A stretch of 64,000 bases of DNA from a virus: IMG/VR virus record IMGVR_UViG_3300035670_000127, positions 1-64,000 of that record. One strand, given 5' to 3'. The position numbers and the translations under genes were made by a program. This document shows, in pieces, positions 13,501 through 22,500 of the stretch (positions within the stretch are counted from its first letter, which is position 1; every line of letters starts with the position of its first letter). The notes beneath the pieces were generated by a model that saw nothing but the letters and a program-made list of their open reading frames with translations, searched no databases and was not told the DNA's origin.

Positions 13501-16500
13501 GGCGACCTGCGTTTGCGCTTGTGTTTGCGCGGCTTTTGAGACGCCACCCAGTGCCTCTTGAACGTCCTTAGCGGCGAGTTTAAACGGGTCGGTGGCAAAC
13601 ATGGTTGCCTTCTTATTCTGTGCTAACCACTTATCTAATTCAGTCCATGCGACTCCACCGACTTGCTTGCCACCTTGTCTAATACTATGGGATTCAGAAA
13701 TACCCATTTTGCCCGTCACTTTATCCACCGTGACTTGCACGATGTGATCAATATTTTTGTCTATGTCACTCCCAGCGCGTACTCGACCTCTATCCCAGCC
13801 GTGGTCTCCTTTATCTAGGCCAATCATCATTCCTTCCCTTAATTGACCTTTGAAGTCGCCCGTTTTACGGCTGTCAATGAGGGTGCCTGTTTTATCTACT
13901 ATATTTTGAATGATGTTATGACTGGAATCTTGCAATAGCTTCATGTCGGCTTTATCAAACACCACCTCCCCCGCTTGTTGATTGATATTCTCAAAAGCGG
14001 TTTTGGTTAGTAGACTAACCCAGCCACTGCAATCAATTTTACCCAATTCGATATTCTTAGCACCCAGTTGATAGGACACGCCTTTCTGAATGTACTTGTT
14101 AGTGGTTTCTGATAACACGTCGAGGGTGCTATCATGTATTGCAACCCCTCCGCCGGTGGGTTGAGTGTGCGAAGGACTGCCTTTGATTGCTTTGGTGACA
14201 ACCTTAGTTGATTCCTCGGCCGCTTTGGCAGTAACAGTGACAACTCCTTTGCTAACCTCGCCTTGAAAGTCATCTTTAAATTGCGAAGGGAGGGGTAACT
14301 TATTCCATTTACCTATCCAACCCTGTATATATTTTTCAGCTAAGGCGACCCCACTGAGTCCTTTACCTTCACCTCCGACTAGATTTTTTTTGACGTTTCG
14401 TGTCACTTCACTACTAAGGTGATTAACGCCCGTGGTCAATGTTTTAAGTATCTGACTTAATCCGCCAGCCCCTTGATTATGCGCCATCCACGCCTTCAAT
14501 CCTTCATTGATATTCATTTTTTCAGCAGTCTCGCGCCAACCCTTGCTGAATTTATCCAATGTCTTCTGGTTAATCTCCCAATACTTAATAGCACCTTCCG
14601 CGGCGGCCCTTGGGTCATATTCTTTTCCAGAAATACCCACCTCTTTCGATGCCGCCCCCTTGAATTGGAATAATCCCATGTATCCAGAGGAGTTCTTTAC
14701 ATTCGCATTAAAGGAGGACTCCAATGACGCCATTCGACTTAATTCAAGAAGGCTGTAATTGAATTTTTTAGCCGCTCCCTCTAATGCAGATGCTACCTCA
14801 TCAGTGACCTTGACGTATTTTTGATTGGCAGATATAATCTCTTTATTGGTGGATACCACCTCTTTACTAGAGGTTGTTATTGCAGAGGGTGTTACGCCGG
14901 CAACGGATTGACTACCCACCACGCTACCTCCACCGCGACCTGCCCGACCAACTAAGACATCTGAAGCGGCCTCTTTTAAATTGGCGGCGGATTGTTCAAG
15001 GCTCTCCGCTTTACTGGCTAGAGTCGCCGCTTTTTGAATTGCCTCATTGACGTCAGCACCCAATTTATCAACTGTTTTGCCAATCCTCTCGCCGGCTTCA
15101 TTGACGGCTTTGGCGATGGTGCCAGCCGCGCTATTCGAAGCCTTCCCCACTTGTTCACCTGACTTCGCCAGGAACTGGGTAGCCTTATCCATATCGCGCT
15201 GGACAGATGAATTGGCATTCTCTTTCCCTAACCCAAATAAGCCTAAGAATTTTTCTTTTGCCTTATTTTGTAAAGCCTCTTGCTGTGATTTTAGAACGTC
15301 CTTAAAGAAACTTTTAAGGGCACTTTTAGCTGACATTTGGCCGCTTGAAAACGAATCAAAGTAGCCTCCCGCTTTTTCACGTAGGACTTCCAATGATTTC
15401 TTTTGGTCTTCTAACGCTTGCTTTTGTACGTTAGCAGATTGACGGCTTTGGATGATGCGTTGCCCCTCTTCCACCCCCACTTTACGCATAATTTCAAGAT
15501 ACTCAGTTTGCTTATCAGATAAAGTGGATTCTGATAGTTGCTTTTGCATCTCACTCAGTGCCTTCTTGCGTTCGGCCAATTCCTGAGTTTGGGATATTTC
15601 TAAAGCGATTTGTTCTGGGTATTTTTGCTGTAGGTCAAAGAGACGCGCTTGTGACTCTGTCATCGTTGCTTTAGCCAATTCATTTTTAGCCGCGGTCAAT
15701 TCTTGATTGGCATTTGCTAACAGCTTAACCTGTGCGATTTGTGGACCGTATTCAACACCTTGGTCTTTGACGGTCTGGAAGGTATCTCTCTGTTGGTCGG
15801 TGAATCCCGATATGGCCAATTCATCACGAGCATTGGACACCGTTTCATAAGACCCTTTCAGTTGCTTTGCATAATCCTCCGCTACCTTCGTCACCTCTTT
15901 ATATTTATCTGCCAACTTTAATAAATCTGATGCTTGGTCTCTTAAACTGTCTTTAATTTCACGGGCAGAATCTTTTGCGGCTTCGATGTTAGCTTTTTCC
16001 ATTTGCCTTGCGGCGGCCCCGGATTCCTTTAAAGCCTCATTCTTTTGTTTATAGACCTCCCCTAATTCACGAACCGCTTGCTTCGCTTCGTGCGCGACTT
16101 TACGGGCTTCCACTAACTCGGTGCTCTTAATCTGTTTCTTCTCCCTACGGCTACTGGTTTCTGCAATCTTTTGTTGAATCTCAAATACCTTATCCGAAGC
16201 CGCTTGCGCCTGCGCTTTAGCCGCTTCGAGGGCTTGTTTAGCACCATCGACGTCGGCTTGCAAGGCACTGACTGACGCACTCGAAGCCTCAGTTAAACCA
16301 GTTAATGCCGTCCCTGTTTGAGTGGCCATGTCTTGCACTGAACCTACTAAAGCACCGCTGTTTTGAGAGACGCCTTCGGCAAGGGTTGCAGGAATTGATT
16401 GACCTGACTTAGTGAGGTCTGATAACGGCCCCTCCTTAGCGTCTGAAAAGGGGAGATATTGACGAACCGCGGTTAACGAATCAGAAACGGTTTGGGTTAA

Positions 16501-19500
16501 TTGGGTAGCACCTTCTTTAATCCCAGTGCCTATAGTGGCAATCAATTTACGCCCTGACTCTGCAAAATCAATTGAGGTGATGTAATTCAATACCCCATCA
16601 AAAACCTCACGCGCCGACTCAATTAGGAGGCTTGCACCTCCTGCGATAGAGGTTTTTAGTTTATTAATTATTTGCGTCCCTTGGCCTATCCAATCGATTC
16701 CTGACAGGTAATTGGTCACGGCAGTAAAGAGACCTGTCACGGCATCTACTATTAAGGTTGGAACGCTTAGGATTCCATTTACGAACGCCTTGACCAAACC
16801 ACTGCCACTAGCAACCAATTGAGAGAACGGACCCTCTTTGGCATCGCTATTGGGGAATAGATTCCAAATGTAACTAAACACACCCGCAACCGCGTCATAA
16901 ACCGCTTTACCTGCGGATTTAATTCCACCCCAAAACGCTGTGAGGAGACCCACACCAGACTGATACCATGATTCAGGTAAAATGGCACTGATAGCCATTT
17001 TAACTAACCCTAAAACCGCGGAGGTTAGATTAGATGCGACTGACCAAATACCTTTAACCAATCCTGTTATCAGTGCCAATGCCGCGTCCCCAAAATTGCC
17101 ACTGCTAATTGCCGCGGTAACGTCCCCAATCATGGTGCCTACGATTCGAGTGAGGTCACTAAATAAGTTAGCAGGCGCCATGAGAACATCACCCAACCCA
17201 CGCCACATTTCATTAAGGGAGCCGGTGACTTGTGAAATCCCCGCTGGTAAATTTTGGAAAGAGGTCAGGAGGCCGTTAGCAAAGTCAGCAAATCTAAAAT
17301 TGGCAACCGCTGTCACTGCTATTTGAATAGCTTCACTGACGGCACGACCAAATTCTATAAACACACCTACCACTGCAATAGCTGAATCCTGGACTACTGT
17401 GAATTGACTATAAAGAAACGAACCTATCTGCCAACCGACGAAAAATGCCGCTAGGCCACCTGCGGCTGTGGATACAGCTGTGAATGCACCTCCTAGTGAG
17501 ACGAGACCCATAGAGATTGCAGTGAATGCACCCATTCCTACAACCTCCAAATTTTCCATAGCTAAAGCAAATCCATCTGTTAGAGGTTGCAGTAAGCCAA
17601 AAGAGGCTAACATCTCCTCAAAATCTCGTTTAAACTTCTCCTTGATTTTGCTTAAATCAAATGCCGACTCTAGGTTAGCTTGGGTTTGTTGCGTTTGTGC
17701 GCTATTGTCAGGTAACATCCCCATTTCTGAAGCGGAGGCATCCTGACTTGAAAACATAGTGAGACCCACAGTGCCAGCCACCGCGGCTGTCATTATTGCG
17801 GACTTCTTGCCTAACATCCCACTTAATCTTGAACCCGTGGTCGCGGCGGCAACTTCCCCTTGAGTGGTGAACCGTGCCCAGAAATTGGCAGTGTATGCAG
17901 AGGCGGCAGTGAACGCACGTCCTATGAAACCACTGACTGGGGCAATAGCAGGGGCGGCTAAACCTCTAAACCGTGCCCAGAAATTGACAGTCGATGCCGA
18001 TGCAACCGTTAGACTTCGGTTAAGTAACCCAGTCGTCGTCGCTATTGCCGCAGTCCCCATGGTTTTGAAACTCGCCCAAGTGTTTATCATTAGGCCGCTT
18101 CCGGCAACCCACATTCTATTCAATAATCCCACACCACCTGACGTAGCCGTCTTTAATTTGGTTACGAATGAGGAGAATAGGATTGTAGAATGGGCACTTC
18201 CTGCAATCCACATTCTTTGAATAAAACCAGTTGCTGAAGTGGTTGCTAACGCCGCTTGTTGACGGAATCGTGTCCATAGACTTTGGATATTAGGTGACAA
18301 TCTTTGATAAGAGGCGGATAGATAGGTCGAGGTGGTTGTTATCGTTGCCAACGCTTTGGTTTTAAACCCCTGCCATAGAATCGAACCACCTACAGTTCCC
18401 ACTACAAACATGCGTTGCAAAACCATTCCCGTGCTACGTGCGGCAACAGTGGCAGACTGGGTAAAGGACGCCCACAAAACAGGAATGCGGGTCATAGACG
18501 CATTCCAAAGGTTTAGCATAAACGGCTTAAACCCGGCGATTGCGGCTGTCCCCATGGCTTTGAATTTTAGCCATGCGGTATTCCATAAATTGACAAACGT
18601 TGCACCCATAACAGTCATACTGCGTTGCAACATCTGTCCAACCCCTGCTAACGCCGCTTTTGCGCTGAGTTTAAAACTCTCCCAAAAACGAATTGGATAG
18701 GCACTCGCCACGACCCACATTCGTTGCATATAACCTTGCATTGCAACCACGGCACTGCTATTTTTGAATGCAGTCCAAACACGATTCATCTGTGTGGTCG
18801 CGAAGGTGCTAATTGCGGTCCATGCCCGTCGCCAAATTGAAACAGTTTCATCTGCCGAACGGCGGCCACCGCTTCTTTGTGGAGGCGGTGGCGGTGGTAC
18901 CGGAGCTTGTTGCTGACTCTGTTGACCCATTGGCAACCCCTGCATCCCACCTCCTTTATTTTTGGTCATTGCTTTTTTAATAGAGGAGGTAATCGCAGAG
19001 GAGATTCCGTAACTTAATGCACCAGCAAAAACGGCCGCTAACGCCACAGCCGCTGGTTTTCCTAAGTCCTCTACTTTCTGAAGTGCCCATTCCAAACCAC
19101 TGGTGATACCACCTCCTATGGATTGGCCAAAATCACCAAATAGAGATACCAAACCACGGGTGATTAAATCACCAAGCGCACGGCCAATTTCACTGATGCC
19201 GTTTTGTTTTATGGTCTCAATAAACGCCTTAACCTCGTCCTTATAATTAGCTAATGCACCCAGTGCCGTTGGAATAAAACTTAATACCAGGGTCAAGGGA
19301 TTCGTGGCCTTTAACAACAATGGAACTAACGTCATAAAAACAGGGACGAAAGCCGCTATACCTGCTATACTTGCAATAGCAATTTTTGACATGCTATCAA
19401 GGTCTTTCCACCATTTTATAATTCCGCTGATAGCATCTCCTATTTCAGTTTTAAAAGCCCAAACCGCCTGGATTCCATTGTACAAAAGACCCCATGAGAA

Positions 19501-22500
19501 TTTACCGCCCGCAATCAATGCTATGTTAATCAATTCGTTCCCTAGCGATTTGATTAACTTCAATTGGTCTTTTGAGAAAATAGGGTCTTGTTCCATCACC
19601 AATTCTTGACTGGCTTTAGCAATCCCTTTCACCCCATTCTCTGCACCTACGGCATCTTCTTTTATTAACCCAAAGGACTGCCCTAACGCAATGAAGGCAC
19701 TGGCATTTATCGCCGTCGCTTTGATGACAGTGTCGGCTGTCATCTGCATAGAAATTCCTAAGCTCTCTATCTTTTTAGTGGTGAAGCTAATCGCAACCGG
19801 AATAGACTCCTTGAAGTAATTTATCACCACACTGAGCTTATCATGCACCATGAATGCAATCTGAGAGAAAATACCACCGATTACATCACTTACTTTATTA
19901 AAAGCGAAGCCGATTTTTTGGGCAATAGACATCCCTTGGGTCGCCTCTTGAAACCCAATGAATATTGACTTTACCTTGGTTTGCAATGCATTGATTCGTT
20001 CTAGGAAGGGGGCTATGATTGCGGCGTTAAACGATTTAGAAATAGTCGCCCAGTATAACGCTGTTACCTCCGCTGTCTCGTCCCAAAAATTACGCACTGC
20101 ATAAGAAATTTTTGGCCATATACTTGCGAACTTAGATAAAACCGGGATGACCCGTGCTAAGTATATTTCAGTGATAATTGCACCCACCGTAGTGAGGGAT
20201 GCGAGTATTGACTGAGCTGATAAAATAACGAGATTACGAATGGATAAGAATGCCGTTGCAATCGCAACACGGGTTAGTTGAATAGCCGTTGCTAATCTTT
20301 GACTGTGAATCACCATGTTTGCTATCGCAATGATATACCCTTCCGCAAAAACTGACAGTGTGACACCGGATAAACCAATTAGGAGACCTGAGATAACTAC
20401 CTTTTGAGTGGTATCAAGTTGATTGAAAAAGTTTATGGCCGTGTCACTCCAAATCTTAATTTCATTTAGGGAACGGTTTAGATTTTCTGTTACTGACACC
20501 TCTGCAAAAGTAGGGTGCCAATACTCACTCACTGATGCAAATAAGTCACGTACTACATTATTAAATTCTCTCCCCTGACTCCTTATCCCGGCAAGCATTG
20601 TTTCAATTAATGCCTCTCCACTTTCGTATAGAGTAGAAAACGGCCCCTCCTTTGCATTGGAATGGGGAAAGAGATTTGCCACATAATTGAATATACTTAA
20701 CACCGAGTCATAAATGTCTTTACCGGCTTGTGCAATCCCAGAGGCAAAAGTTGTCACCAGAGCGCGACCAGCGGAACTCATATCTATCATCATCAATGTG
20801 GATAGATTTTGTTCAATTTGGTCAAGAAAACTGAAATTCATTGCCAGGCTAAACTGCGCGGCAAGGTAGGCTACGCTTTGAATAAGAGAGTTTATTGAAC
20901 TTACAGCTAAAAAGATAACGGGCGTGAATAGCTTTATTCCTTCAACTAGCGGCACGATTCCAATGCTAACTACTTTTCCTAAAACAGTCCCCAATGCGTA
21001 GGCCGTTGCCCCAAATACCATGAGAGGCTCTGTCTCTCCAAATAATTTACTTAATTCATTTGACAGTGGGGCGAAGGCTTCACTTAAAATTTTTATTGAA
21101 GGTGCAAGGGCATCAAACAAACCTTCAAATGCGAGTTGAATGGGTTCAATACCGGCTAAGAATCCGTCTTTAAATGCAGTAATGACGGGGACGACTGACT
21201 GAATAACATCGACTATAGCTTGGATACTGGCAGTGCCTAATCGCACGATAGGGCGAAGAATAGGGACGACTATATCGAAAATGGATAATGCCATTTCCTC
21301 CATATTGCCAGTCAATTGATTCCAGTCTCCTTTGAGGTTGTCTAACATCTTTTTAGAGGCTCGGTCTGCAAACCCTGTGCTATCAGTCACGGTGGTTCTG
21401 AACTCCTTAAATTCTGTCGTCATAACCTTAACTGCTTTACCGCCTTGAATCACAGTTTTTTCAAATTCCTTTGACTTCTTAGCCAACTCCAACATAGCAG
21501 GCGTTGCTTCGACCCCAAATAGGGTTTTGAAGGTATCTAATTTGTCAGCATCCGTCATCTTTTCGGTGACTTTATTCAAATCTGCCATGATGTCGGCAAA
21601 ATCACGAATTTTACCTTTACTGTCAGAAACCTTTAACCCTAAGCCACCTATAGTCTCCGCGGCTTTATCGGTCGGCCCAGCTAACCTTAACATGGCCATT
21701 CGTAAAGCTGTGCCACCTGTGGTGTCGCCAATAGCAACGTTAGCTAACATACTGGTTGCCGCAGTGAGGGTTTGAATGGATTGGTTAGCCGCGGCAAAAA
21801 CGGGGGCACTGTATTTCATACTCTCCCCTAACTCACCCACACCCACATTACTTGCATTTGCCGCTTTAGCAAATAAGTCGGCAACCATAGTTGATTCTTT
21901 TGTTTCCAACCCAAATGCACGTAGCATTTTTGCCGCAATCTCACTTGACGTTGCCAAGTCCTCACCGGATGCCGAGGCTAAGTTCAATACGCCCGGCAAA
22001 GCTGACATGGTTTCATTAACTGTAAATCCTGCCCGTGCTAAATTAAGTCCGGCATCTCCCACCTGCGTCGCACTGAAAACAGATGCCTTGGCTAGGTCGC
22101 GCATCCCCCCCCCTAGCATACTCAATTGCTGGTCGGTTGCGTCTGATACAGCCGCTATAGTGGACATCCTAGATTCAAATTCAGAACCAATGACAACGAC
22201 CTTTTTAAAAGGTTCTGCCATTTGGCTAACTGAATCGATAATATTTTTTATGCTAAAGGCGAATTGGCCTATGGAATTAATAGAGTCCTTAAAACTCTCC
22301 TTAACCCCATTCGAAAAATCTTTGATTTTAGAATTTAAAGAAGTGAGAGGTTTTAAAGAATCAGTGGCAGAATCTTTAATGGCAGTAAAGCCACCTGCCA
22401 CCTCTTTCAATTGCTTATTGACATCGGCCATTTTCTCCTTAGTTCCCGTAAGCAACCCGGACTGTTTCTTAATTTCTTCAGATGACTGTCTATTGGCATT

